NCBI GenBank assembly: GCA_964428175.1
Contig: CAYRXM010000001.1
Location: forward strand, 33,977-97,976
DNA: 64,000 bases
Source of the DNA: an uncultured Anaerolineae bacterium
GTDB taxonomy: Bacteria; Chloroflexota; Anaerolineae; JAFGEY01
Direction: 5' to 3'
Part shown: positions 35,886 to 44,557 of the stretch, piece by piece
Position numbering within the stretch: position 1 is the stretch's first letter
Layout of the letters: each line of letters begins with the position of its first letter
Made by a program: the position numbers and the translations under genes
Notes under the pieces: generated by a model
What the model was told of the DNA's origin: nothing
Seen by the model: the letters and a program-made list of their open reading frames with translations, nothing else
Database searches by the model: none

Positions 35886-35978
35886 AGTTTCATCCATTTG
35901 GATGCGGGTGTCAGCCCGGCATGGCAGCTTCCCTTGAGCAGCGCCGCACGCCCACGTGCGGCGCTGCAGAAGACATGG

Positions 35979-36623
35979 CTATCCTTCCATGCAATAACTC
36001 GCCAACCCCCCAACCAGTTCATCGATCGCTTCCCGCTTGGTCCAGCGGCTGGCCCGGTTGACGATCAGCGCAGCCTCAAAGCGGGCGATTTCCTCCAACT
36101 CGATCAGCCCGTTTTCGCGCAGCGTGCTGCCGGTCTCCACAATGTCCACCAGCAAATCGGCCAGGTCGACCAGCGGGGCCAGTTCCACCGAGCCTTGCAG
36201 TGGGATTACTTCGACTGAGAGGCCGCGACGCTCAAAGTAGGCCCGGGTCAGGTTGGGGTACTTGCTGGCGATGCGCAGGTGCGGGGCGAGCCGCAGGTTG
36301 AGATCGCGCTGTTCCGGCTGCCCGGCGACGACCAGCCGGCAGTGGGCAAAGCCCAGTGCGAGCGGCTCCAGCACGTCGCTGCCGGCCTCGCGCAGCGTGT
36401 CCTGCCCGACAATGCCCACGTCTGCCGCGCCATGCTCGACATAGGTTGGCACATCGACCGGTTTGACCAGCAGGTAACGCACCGGCTTGAGCGGGTCGGG
36501 CGCGACGAGGCGGCGCGTGCCGTTGCCGACCACCGTCGGCGCATAGCCGAGCCGGGCCAGCAAATCCTGGGCCTGGTCGAGCAGCCGCCCTTTGGGCAGA
36601 GCGATGGTCAGTGTATGGGCCAC
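35979..36623 (-). CDS. hisG: ATP phosphoribosyltransferase, short form
   Basis: IALPKGRLL..., about 214 aa (short HisG), with an adjacent hisZ. Confidence 0.9.
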   Translation of the reverse strand: MAHTLTIALPKGRLLDQAQDLLARLGYAPTVVGNGTRRLVAPDPLKPVRYLLVKPVDVPTYVEHGAADVGIVGQDTLREAGSDVLEPLALGFAHCRLVVAGQPEQRDLNLRLAPHLRIASKYPNLTRAYFERRGLSVEVIPLQGSVELAPLVDLADLLVDIVETGSTLRENGLIELEEIARFEAALIVNRASRWTKREAIDELVGGLASYCMEG

Positions 36624-37882
36624 GTTTCGATTTCCTCCCCAATTTTTTCAGGATCGACGATGTGCTGCTGCCCATCGAGATCGACGATCTGCCAGCCCTG
36701 CGGTTGGTGGCACAAGATGGCCCGCGCGCCGCACGCTCGCGCGTGCTGCACCAGCCCGACGTGGGTTAACTCTAGCGCGTCGACGATCACTGCCGCGCCG
36801 CGCGCGCGCATTGCCTGCACGGCGGCCAGACATTCGGGGTGAGCGCAGCCCTGAACGAGCGCGTCAGGGCTGAGGTTCACCTCCGGTGCGGTGGCCTGGC
36901 GGGCCAGGTCAAGGTTAAAACCGAAACCGACCGCCGGCAGCGGCGGGCCGAAATGGCCGATCAGATCGTCGTAGCGCCCGCCGCCGCACACCGCCGCGCC
37001 GACGCCGACCGCGTAGCCCTGGAAAACCAGGCCGGTGTAATATTCCATCCCGCGCACCTGGCCCAGGTCGATCACCACCGCCTCGCCCAGCCCGTAGGCG
37101 AGCAGCAGATCGTAAACCGCTTCCAGCCGGTCTAGTTCGGGTTCGACGGCTTCGGTGGGCAGAGCCTGCTGCGGCAAAAGCTGGCGCGCGCGTTCGACCG
37201 CCTCGCGCCCACCCGCCAGCGCGGGCAAGGCCCGCAGCAGCGCATAGATCGATTCGGGCAGGTCCATCTCATCGAGCAAGGCACACAGCCGGGCGTCGTT
37301 GCGGAGATCGACGGCCTGCTCCAGCCGCTTGATCTCATCGTCGGTGAGATAGAGCGCGTGAACCAGCGCGCGGAAAAAGCCCATCTGGCCAATGGTGAGG
37401 CGAAAATCGTGGATGCCAATCGCGCGCAGCGCTTCGGCGGCCAGGGCCACCACCTCGGCGTCGGCCTGGGCGGTGTCTGCGCCCACCAGTTCGATGCCCG
37501 CCTGGGTAAATTCGCGCCGCTGCCCGGCCTGCGGCGCAATGTGGCGAAAGACGCGCTCTACATAGTACAGCCGCAGCGGCATCAACTGGTCGTACAACCG
37601 GGTGCCGACGATGCGCGCGACGGGCACGGTCAGGTCGGCGCGCAAGGCAAGCGTGTTGCCCTGGCGGTCGAAAAAACGGTACAAGTCCTGGGCGATCTGC
37701 ACGCCCAGCTCGACGGCCAGATTTTCGGCATAGGCCACCGTCGGCGGGATGACCGGCGCATAGCCCCAACGCGCAAAGAGCGCGCGCAGCGCGTCGGCCA
37801 GCCAGAGCTGGCGCGCGGCCTCGTCGAGAAAAAGGTCGGAAAAACCGTTTGGTACTTGCTTGTCCAAACTCCAATTGTTCAT
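36608..37882 (-). CDS. hisZ: ATP phosphoribosyltransferase regulatory subunit (HisRS paralog)
   Basis: Class-II aaRS-like core lacking an anticodon-binding domain. Overlaps hisG by 16 nt. Confidence 0.88.
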   Translation of the reverse strand: MNNWSLDKQVPNGFSDLFLDEAARQLWLADALRALFARWGYAPVIPPTVAYAENLAVELGVQIAQDLYRFFDRQGNTLALRADLTVPVARIVGTRLYDQLMPLRLYYVERVFRHIAPQAGQRREFTQAGIELVGADTAQADAEVVALAAEALRAIGIHDFRLTIGQMGFFRALVHALYLTDDEIKRLEQAVDLRNDARLCALLDEMDLPESIYALLRALPALAGGREAVERARQLLPQQALPTEAVEPELDRLEAVYDLLLAYGLGEAVVIDLGQVRGMEYYTGLVFQGYAVGVGAAVCGGGRYDDLIGHFGPPLPAVGFGFNLDLARQATAPEVNLSPDALVQGCAHPECLAAVQAMRARGAAVIVDALELTHVGLVQHARACGARAILCHQPQGWQIVDLDGQQHIVDPEKIGEEIETWPIH

Positions 37883-37900
37883 AGCCAGCCATTCTCAATC

Positions 37901-37934
37901 AAACAAAAAGGCTGGTTTCGGTGTGAAACCAGCC
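37901..37934 (-). terminator. rho-independent terminator ~20 nt upstream of hisZ (attenuator candidate)
   Basis: Minus strand GGCTGGTTTC-ACACC-GAAACCAGCC followed by TTTTTGTTTG. The hisZ ATG is at 37882. Confidence 0.65.
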
Positions 37935-37971
37935 TGGGTGAGACGCGCACAACGAGGCACGAGCCAATGCG

Positions 37972-38070
37972 TCAGGCTCGCCTCACCCGCAAGGAATGAT
38001 GGTGCATGCCGGCTCGCTGGCCGGTGCGCTGCCCCCGGATATGCTTTTCAGCGTTCGCTGACGCTGGCAT
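37972..38070 (-). CDS. candidate his leader peptide (32 aa, contains HHH)
   Basis: SD AAGGAGG lies 5 nt before the ATG. The peptide is MPASANAEKHIRGQRTGQRAGMHHHSLRVRRA, and the terminator lies downstream. Confidence 0.45.
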   Translation of the reverse strand: MPASANAEKHIRGQRTGQRAGMHHHSLRVRRA

Positions 38071-38096
38071 GTCAACCTCCTTGCAGGATAGGGCGT

Positions 38097-38125
38097 ATGA
38101 TAACACAGGGCGCTCAAAAAGTCAA
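38097..38125 (-). promoter_or_regulatory. sigma70-like promoter for his leader/operon
   Basis: Minus strand TTGACT-17 nt-TATCAT. Confidence 0.5.
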
Positions 38126-38196
38126 TCCAGGTTTTGAGGAGAATTGGGCAGATTGTGGTATAATGGACACAATTGCAAAGGCAAAGGAGTACGACA

Positions 38197-39636
38197 ATGT
38201 CGCCAGATATGACCGAACAGTTGCACGCCGGCATCAGGGCGGCCAGGGAGGGACAGCGCGAGCAGGCCAAAGCGATCTTGATGAATGTGGTCGAACAAGA
38301 TCAGGCCAATGTTTCGGCCTGGCTGTGGTTGAGCGGTGTGGTCGACAATCTCGAGGATCGCCAGGTGTGCCTGGAAAACGTCCTCGATCTGGATCCGGCC
38401 AACACCGCCGCGCAGCAAGGCCTGGCCGCCGTGCGCGCGCAACGCGCCAAGATGCTCTTTCAACAAGGCGTCGCTGCGGCCAAATCCGGGCAGCGCACAC
38501 AGGCCCGCGAAGCGCTGGAGCAGGTCGTCGAATTGGACGAAAAAAATGCCGCGGCCTGGTTGTGGCTGAGCGGCGTGATCGACGATCTGGAAGACCGCGA
38601 GGTATGCCTGCAAAACGTGCTCGACCTGGAGCCGGATCACGCGGCGGCACGCAAGGGGCTGGCCCAGGTTCAGGCGCAACTGGCACAGCGCGTACCCAGC
38701 CCCGACCTGTACGCGCCGCCCGTTCCGGCCGCGCCGCCGGTTGCGGTGACGCCTCAGGTTCAGCTCCGCTCAGTCGTGGGCGAACTCGACAATCCCTTGT
38801 TGTGTCCCTATTGCGCGGCGCCGACCGAGATTGAAGATCGGCGTTGTAAAATGTGCGACGGCAATCTCTGGATCGAGGTAGACCGTGAAGGCAAGCAGCG
38901 CTCCGTCTGGCTGTGGATCGTGATCGTCTTGCAGGGATTGAGCGCAACCTTGTTCGGCCTGAACCTGATCGGGGCTTTGATCAATTCTACGAGATTACCG
39001 CCCGAGATGGCCAGGTTTATGCTTTTCACAATTTTGTTCTACGCGGTGATGTTTGTCATTTTCGCCGGGCTAACCGCCGGGCTTTACCTGCGCTGGCGAT
39101 GGGTCTATTACGTGTACCTGGTGACCAGCATCCTGAACATGGCCATAGCCGTGCTGCTGTTTCTGCTGGGGCTTGTCGCGGCCTCCCTTTTGCCATCGAC
39201 GCTGAGTTCGCTGGCCAACAAGCAGATGGTCGATTTCGTAATGCGCTTTTATCTGGTCATTATCGGCGGCCTGATCGTGGGGACGCTGCTCTGGTTCTTG
39301 CTCATCCTGGCGATCAAGGCCGATTTTGACGGCAAAAAAGTGCGCCTCTTGCTGGACGTCGATCCGCACACCAGGACCTCCAACGCGCTTTTGCTGCGCG
39401 GGCGTGACCTGCTCAAACAGAAAATCTGGGCATTGGCTGCCCTCCATCTGGCCCGCGCCTTGCAGCCGGATCAAGTGGATGGGCGTGCGGCGTTGGCCCT
39501 CGCCTGTGTCAAGTTCAGGCGATACGATCTGGCTGAAGCGGTGCTGGTCGAGGCGCAGCGCATCAGCCCGCAAAACACCGATCTTGCGGAAATCCAGGAA
39601 CTGCTCAACGGCTTGCGACAGGGGGCATCATCGTAA
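38197..39636 (+). CDS. TPR-repeat / zinc-ribbon / polytopic membrane protein
   Basis: RBS AAAGGAG lies 7 nt upstream. Two near-identical TPR-like modules (AWLWLSGV(V/I)D(N/D)LEDR(Q/E)VCL(E/Q)NVLDL(D/E)P), a CPYC...CKMC ribbon, TM helices, and a C-terminal TPR. Confidence 0.8.
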   Translation: MSPDMTEQLHAGIRAAREGQREQAKAILMNVVEQDQANVSAWLWLSGVVDNLEDRQVCLENVLDLDPANTAAQQGLAAVRAQRAKMLFQQGVAAAKSGQRTQAREALEQVVELDEKNAAAWLWLSGVIDDLEDREVCLQNVLDLEPDHAAARKGLAQVQAQLAQRVPSPDLYAPPVPAAPPVAVTPQVQLRSVVGELDNPLLCPYCAAPTEIEDRRCKMCDGNLWIEVDREGKQRSVWLWIVIVLQGLSATLFGLNLIGALINSTRLPPEMARFMLFTILFYAVMFVIFAGLTAGLYLRWRWVYYVYLVTSILNMAIAVLLFLLGLVAASLLPSTLSSLANKQMVDFVMRFYLVIIGGLIVGTLLWFLLILAIKADFDGKKVRLLLDVDPHTRTSNALLLRGRDLLKQKIWALAALHLARALQPDQVDGRAALALACVKFRRYDLAEAVLVEAQRISPQNTDLAEIQELLNGLRQGASS

Positions 39637-39661
39637 GGCCGGGACGAAAAATGGGGGTAAA

Positions 39662-40066
39662 ATGGACGAACAATGCATTCTAATCGCCGATGACGATCCA
39701 GACGTGCGGCGCATCTTTGGCGACTATTTGCGCCACGCCGGTTACAGCGTGCAGACCGCCGCCGACGGCGACCGGGCGCTGGAATTGGCCGCACAGTCAC
39801 CGCCCGACGTCGCCCTGATAGACGTGATGATGCCCGGCCCTTCGGGAATGGTTCTGGCCGCGCGGTTGATGGAGCTGTACCCGAACTTGATTGTGATCAT
39901 TATCACCGCCTACAGCTCGATCAACCTGGCCATCGAGGTGATCCAAAAAGGCGCCTACGGCTACCTGGTCAAGCCGGTGCGCCCCCGGCAGTTGCTGGAC
40001 CGAATCCAGGAAGCATTGAGAGCCACCCGCAAAGGAATGCACCATGCGCCTGCTGACCCATCCTGA
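39662..40066 (+). CDS. single-domain response regulator
   Basis: ILIADDDPD...LIDVMMPGPSG...ITAY...YLVKP. Confidence 0.85.
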   Translation: MDEQCILIADDDPDVRRIFGDYLRHAGYSVQTAADGDRALELAAQSPPDVALIDVMMPGPSGMVLAARLMELYPNLIVIIITAYSSINLAIEVIQKGAYGYLVKPVRPRQLLDRIQEALRATRKGMHHAPADPS

Positions 40067-40826
40067 TTTGCCCCGCCTCGAACGCGTGCTGGCCCGCGAC
40101 CCCTATTACAACCTGTTCATGATCGGCAACCTGGCCCAGATGGGAATCGACTATCCTGACCTCTTTTTTTGGGGCCAGTTTGACGGCGATGACCTGACCG
40201 GCGTGGCGATGCGGTATCGCAGCAACTGGGTCTTTTATGATGCCGGAGGCGCCGACCTGAACGCCTGGGCGCAACTGGTCGATGCCTACCCGGCCGACGT
40301 CAACATCAACGGGCGCCACACGCTGGTCGACGCCATTGTTGACCGGTTGGCGATGTTTGAGGTCAAGGCCGATCACCAGTCATACTATTGCGCGCTGCCC
40401 AAAGACGTATCGCTGCCCGATCCGGCGCACCTCACCCGCCGGACCAACGAGCAAGACCTGCCCGCCCTGGCCGATCTGTACGTCCAGGCCGGCGATATGC
40501 GCCGCGACCTGGCCGCGATCCGTCGCTGCCTGGATCACAACCGCATCTGGGTGGCGCTGGTCGACGCCCAAATCGTCTCCGCCGCGTTGACCAACGTCGA
40601 AGCAGCGCGGCTGGCCATGATCGGCGGCGTGTTCACCCCCGAACCGCTGCGCAATCGGGGCTATGCCAGCGCGGCCATGTCGGCGCTCTGCACCGACCTG
40701 CTCGCCGACGGGCTTCAGCCCTGCCTGTTTTACGACAACCCGGCCGCGGGCGCAATCTATCGCCGGCTGGGGTTTGAGGACATTGGCCCGTGGCGCTATG
40801 TGCAGATGCGCAAAAATTCTGTTTGA
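40044..40826 (+). CDS. GNAT-family N-acetyltransferase
   Basis: C-terminal GNAT core VFTPEPLRNRGYASAAMSALC...NPAAGAIYRRLGFEDIG. Overlaps the upstream gene by 23 nt. Confidence 0.75.
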   Translation: MRLLTHPDLPRLERVLARDPYYNLFMIGNLAQMGIDYPDLFFWGQFDGDDLTGVAMRYRSNWVFYDAGGADLNAWAQLVDAYPADVNINGRHTLVDAIVDRLAMFEVKADHQSYYCALPKDVSLPDPAHLTRRTNEQDLPALADLYVQAGDMRRDLAAIRRCLDHNRIWVALVDAQIVSAALTNVEAARLAMIGGVFTPEPLRNRGYASAAMSALCTDLLADGLQPCLFYDNPAAGAIYRRLGFEDIGPWRYVQMRKNSV

Positions 40827-40850
40827 CAGGCGCGATAAAAAGCATATAAT
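40823..40850 (+). promoter_or_regulatory. near-consensus sigma70 promoter
   Basis: TTGACA-16 nt-TATAAT, overlapping the GNAT stop codon. Confidence 0.6.
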
Positions 40851-40861
40851 AAGCATCGTAA

Positions 40862-41039
40862 ACCTTCGGGGCAGGGTGCGGGGGAATGCGCACAACGCAT
40901 TCCTTTTACTCCCGACCGGCGGTAAAGGGTAACACAACATGCGTGTTACGCCAAGCCCGCGAGCCGGATGTGGCGCTGCCACTTGAGGCCGATCTGGTGC
41001 GATTCCAGAGCCGACGGTATAGTCCGGATGAGAGAGGGT
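40862..41039 (+). promoter_or_regulatory. FMN riboswitch (RFN element) aptamer
   Basis: RFN consensus blocks occur in the correct order: CTTCGGGGCAGGGTG (40864-78), CTCCCGACCGGCGGTA (40909-24), AGCCCGCGAGCC (40954-65), and CTGGTGCGATTCCAGAGCCGACGGTATAGTCCGGATGAGAGAGGG (40994-41038). P1 is ACCTTC / GAGGGT. Confidence 0.8.
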
Positions 41040-41085
41040 GGTCATGCCTGCGCGCGATGATCGCGCCGGGTTGATATGACAGGGC

Positions 41086-41126
41086 AAGCCCCGAGGATTC
41101 GCTTGAGCGATCTCGGGGCTTTTTTG
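41086..41126 (+). terminator. riboswitch expression-platform terminator
   Basis: AGCCCCGAG...CTCGGGGCT followed by TTTTTG, 17 nt before the permease ATG. Its left arm (41088-96) can alternatively pair with the leader at 40864-72. Confidence 0.75.
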
Positions 41127-41142
41127 TTGAAAAGGAAGTCTC

Positions 41143-41970
41143 ATGAGCGGATATTCGCCATCACAAACGCGAGCAGGCGCAGAGCAGGGCCGCGAATCCA
41201 CCGGCTGGCTCGCTCTTGCCCGCCGGCAGCAGCACATACTGCTGCTGCCCTTGGCGCTGCTCGTCTTTCTGGGCCTGTGGGAGCTGATCGTCTGGCTGGG
41301 GCAGTATCCGCCGTTCATCTTGCCTACGCCGCGCCGCGTGTACGAGCGGTTCTGGATCGCGGCGAACACGGGCCGGCTGTGGTGGCACACCGGCGTGACC
41401 CTGACCGAGATCGGCGGGGGGTTGGCGCTGGGGCTGACCCTGGCGCTGCTGCTCGGCTACTGGATGGCCAAATCGCGCGCGCTGGAGCGTTTCGTATCGC
41501 CGTACATTGTCGCTTCGCAGTCGGTGCCGATCGTGGCCCTGGCGCCGCTGCTGGTGATCTGGTTCGGCCCGGGGCGCTTGAGCAAGATATTGGTTTGCGC
41601 GCTGACCCTGTTTTTTCCCATGTTGATGAACACCATGGTCGGCATCCGCTCGGTCGACCGCGATCTGGTCAACCTGATGCGCTCGCTGCGCGCCACGCGC
41701 TGGCAGATGTTTGCGCTGCTCCAAGTGCCCTCCGCGCTGCCGACGCTGCTCGGCGGCCTCAAGGTGAGCATGACCCTCTCGGTGATTGGCGCGGTGGTGG
41801 GCGAATTTGTCGCCGCCGACCGTGGGCTGGGCTTTTTGATCAACCTGGCGCGAGGCAACTTTGACACCCCGCTGATGTTTGTAGCCATCCTGACCCTGAT
41901 GGTCATCGCCCTGTTCTTATACCTGGCTGTAATGCTTTTGGAAACTATTTTGCTACGAGGGAGGCATTGA
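41143..41970 (+). CDS. ABC transporter permease (NitT/TauT family, RibX-like)
   Basis: BPD_transp_1-type permease. First gene after the FMN riboswitch. Confidence 0.85.
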   Translation: MSGYSPSQTRAGAEQGRESTGWLALARRQQHILLLPLALLVFLGLWELIVWLGQYPPFILPTPRRVYERFWIAANTGRLWWHTGVTLTEIGGGLALGLTLALLLGYWMAKSRALERFVSPYIVASQSVPIVALAPLLVIWFGPGRLSKILVCALTLFFPMLMNTMVGIRSVDRDLVNLMRSLRATRWQMFALLQVPSALPTLLGGLKVSMTLSVIGAVVGEFVAADRGLGFLINLARGNFDTPLMFVAILTLMVIALFLYLAVMLLETILLRGRH

Positions 41971-41972
41971 GG

Positions 41973-42953
41973 ATGAAAAAAATTCGCTTTTGTGCTATAT
42001 TTGCCTTGCTTGTTGGGCTGACCGCGGTGGGCTGCGCCCGTTCTACCGCCAGGCGCGGCGAATCGCAAGCGATCAAACTGGCCATGGGCTTTATTCCCAA
42101 CGTCCAGTTTACGCCGGTCTATGTCGCCGTCGACAAGGGCTATTTTGCCGATGAGGGCATCCAAATTGAATTTGATTATGGCATGGAGCACGACCTGCTC
42201 AAGCTGGCCGGCGCCGGCGAACTGCAATTCGTCATTGGCAGCGGCGACCAGGTGATCATGGCCCGCAGCCAGGAACTGCCGGTGATTTATGTGCTCAACT
42301 GGTACCGCCGCTTTCCCGTGTCGGTGGCGGCGTTGACGCCACTGGCCGCGCCCGGCGACCTGAGCGGCGCCAAGGTGGGCATTCCAGGGCTGTACGGGGC
42401 CAGCTATATCGGCTGGCTGGCGATGCTGAACGCGGCAGGCGTCGATCCGGCGGCGGTAAACCTGATCAGCATCGGTTATACGCAGGCAGAAAACCTGGTC
42501 GCCGGGCAGGTAGATGCGGCGGTGGTCTATGCGATGAACGAGCCGGTGCGGCTGCGCGAGCAGGGCTACGAGGTGAGTGAACTGCTGGTGGCCGACTATA
42601 TCAATTTCGTTTCCAACGGGTTGATCACGAATGAAAAGACGATCCGTGAGCAGCCCGACCTGGTGCGCGGGATGGTTCGCGCCATCGTCCGCGGCTTGCG
42701 GGATACGTTGGACGATCCCGACGCGGCCTTTGCGATCTGCCGCCGCCACGTGCCCGAAATCGACGACGCGGGCGCGCCGCTCCAGCGGGCGGTGCTGCAA
42801 GCCGCACTCGACTTTTGGCGCGGCGATCTGCTGGGCGAGTCCGATCCGGCCGCATGGGAGGCGTCGGTGGCTTTTATGCGCCAGAGCGGGATGATCAACG
42901 TCGATCTCGACCCGGCCCAACTCTATAGCAACGAATTTGTGCCCGCTAAATGA
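41973..42953 (+). CDS. ABC substrate-binding lipoprotein, NMT1/THI5-like (RibY-like)
   Basis: Lipobox LTAVGC. KLAMGFIPNVQFTPVYVAVDKGYF is typical of NMT1/ThiY-like SBPs. Confidence 0.8.
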   Translation: MKKIRFCAIFALLVGLTAVGCARSTARRGESQAIKLAMGFIPNVQFTPVYVAVDKGYFADEGIQIEFDYGMEHDLLKLAGAGELQFVIGSGDQVIMARSQELPVIYVLNWYRRFPVSVAALTPLAAPGDLSGAKVGIPGLYGASYIGWLAMLNAAGVDPAAVNLISIGYTQAENLVAGQVDAAVVYAMNEPVRLREQGYEVSELLVADYINFVSNGLITNEKTIREQPDLVRGMVRAIVRGLRDTLDDPDAAFAICRRHVPEIDDAGAPLQRAVLQAALDFWRGDLLGESDPAAWEASVAFMRQSGMINVDLDPAQLYSNEFVPAK

Positions 42954-43741
42954 GCACCTCGGTCGATCCTGCCTGCGCGCCCGACGAGCCGATCTTGATC
43001 GTCCGGCATCTCGGTGTCACTTTTGACTCGCCCGAGGGCGGCCTGGGCGCGTTGGATGATGTTTCGTTCCAGATGTGTCCCGGCGAGTTTGTGTGTGTCG
43101 TCGGACCGTCGGGGTGCGGCAAGAGCACGCTGCTGCGCGTGCTGGCCGGCCTGCTCCCGCCGACGCGGGGCCAAGTCACGCTGCGCGGCGAAACGCTCGA
43201 CGGGCCAAACGCCGACGTGGGCGTGGTTTTTCAAAAGCCCAACCTGATGCCCTGGCGCACGGTGCAGCACAACATCACTCTGCCGCTGGATGTGCAAGGC
43301 GTCGACCGGAAAACGGCGCACACGCGCGCGCAGGCGCTGATCGACCTGGTGGGGCTGAGCGGGTTCGAGCGCAGTCGCCCGCATGAACTGTCCGGCGGGA
43401 TGGCCCAGCGGGTGGCCATCGCCCGCGCACTGATTTATGACCCCGAAATTCTGCTGCTTGATGAGCCGTTCGGCTCGTTGGATATGCTTACCCGCGAACG
43501 GATGAACCTGGAATTGCAGCGCATCTGGCAGCAGCGCCGCAAGACGGTGTTGATGGTCACTCACGACATCCAGGAGGCAGTTTTTCTCTCCGACCGGGTG
43601 TTGGTGATGAGCGTGCGTCCGGGGCAGATCACCGAGCAGGTCGAGATCGACCTGCCGCACCCGCGCAGCACCGATGTGCTATACGACCCGGTGTTTCTGA
43701 CCTACATGCGGCGCATCCGCGAGGCGATTGAAGCTCTTTAA
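42950..43741 (+). CDS. ABC transporter ATP-binding protein (NitT/TauT family)
   Basis: Walker A GPSGCGKST, signature LSGGMAQR, Walker B LLLDEPF. Confidence 0.9.
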   Translation: MSTSVDPACAPDEPILIVRHLGVTFDSPEGGLGALDDVSFQMCPGEFVCVVGPSGCGKSTLLRVLAGLLPPTRGQVTLRGETLDGPNADVGVVFQKPNLMPWRTVQHNITLPLDVQGVDRKTAHTRAQALIDLVGLSGFERSRPHELSGGMAQRVAIARALIYDPEILLLDEPFGSLDMLTRERMNLELQRIWQQRRKTVLMVTHDIQEAVFLSDRVLVMSVRPGQITEQVEIDLPHPRSTDVLYDPVFLTYMRRIREAIEAL

Positions 43742-43777
43742 TGATTCCATCCCCCATTTTCTGGCTGTTTCCGTTTT

Positions 43778-43940
43778 GTAACTGCTCAGGCAAACAGGTC
43801 GAGCGTCGGTCGAGTAAGGCTTTAGCAAAGCTAAAGCCTGTATCGAGACCACGCGAGCGCGTTTGCGTAGCCTGCTTGGTCTCGATACGGCCTCACAAAT
43901 GCGGTGAGGCCTACTCGACCAGCGCAGGCTGAGCAGTTAC
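43778..43940. repeat. complex palindromic repeat, family D copy 1
   Basis: Outer TIR GTAACTGCTCAG / CTGAGCAGTTAC. Inner arms are GGTCGAGTAAGGC / GCCTACTCGACC and CCTGTATCGAGACC / GGTCTCGATACGG. The core is shared with 45201..45290. Confidence 0.75.
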
Positions 43941-43981
43941 TCCGTTTTTTCAGCGGTCTTGCCGTGGAAAGGAACAGTGAC

Positions 43982-44548
43982 GTGTTTAAATCAATCGGTG
44001 CGAGAACAATAGCATACCCGGCGCCCGTCTTTATCGTCGGCACCTATGACGATGCGGGCAAGCCGAACATCATGGCTGCGGCCTGGGCCGGGATTTGCTG
44101 CTCCCAGCCGCCCTGTGTGGCCGTTTCGCTGCGCAAGGCAACGTATTCCTATCACAACATCGTCGCACGCGGAGCGTATACGGTCAGCTTTCCGAGTGAA
44201 GCCTTTGTCCGGGAAGCCGATTACGCCGGGCTGGCTTCCGGGCGCGACGTGTCCAAGTTTGACGAGCTGGGCCTTACCCCGCTGCGCAGCGAGCTGGTCG
44301 ATGCGCCATATGTGGCCGAGTTCCCGCTGATATTGGAATGCAAGCTGCTGCACACAATCGAGATTGGCCTGCACACCCAGTTCATCGGCGAGGTGCTGGA
44401 CGTCAAGGCCGACGAGTCGGTGCTCGACGAGCGCGGGCAGCCGCACATCGAGCGGGTCAGGCCGATCCTTTTTGCCACCGGCCCGCGCGCCTATTACGGC
44501 ATCGGCGAGCGGCTGGGCGAGGCGTTTGCGGTTGGGCGCAAGGGCTAG
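43982..44548 (+). CDS. flavin reductase-like (FMN-binding split barrel) protein
   Basis: GTG start 8 nt after GGAAAGGAA. AYPAPVFIVGTYDDAGKPNIMAAAW...VSLRKATYSYHNI pattern. Confidence 0.75.
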   Translation: MFKSIGARTIAYPAPVFIVGTYDDAGKPNIMAAAWAGICCSQPPCVAVSLRKATYSYHNIVARGAYTVSFPSEAFVREADYAGLASGRDVSKFDELGLTPLRSELVDAPYVAEFPLILECKLLHTIEIGLHTQFIGEVLDVKADESVLDERGQPHIERVRPILFATGPRAYYGIGERLGEAFAVGRKG

Positions 44549-44557
44549 CGGGCGGCG

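Noticed and set aside
40975-41040. Cobalamin riboswitch (GCCACT B12-box-like string, GGTGCGATTCC) or TPP riboswitch, the latter expected for NMT1/ThiY-like transporters.
   Set aside because: The blocks are in the wrong order for the cobalamin consensus. The CTGAGA and ACCTGATCTGGATAATGCCAGCG TPP blocks are absent. The whole leader instead matches the FMN (RFN) consensus block by block.
43904-43981. N-terminal extension of the flavin reductase ORF.
   Set aside because: It lies inside the palindromic repeat D1. A GTG at 43982 with an upstream GGAAAGGAA fits better.
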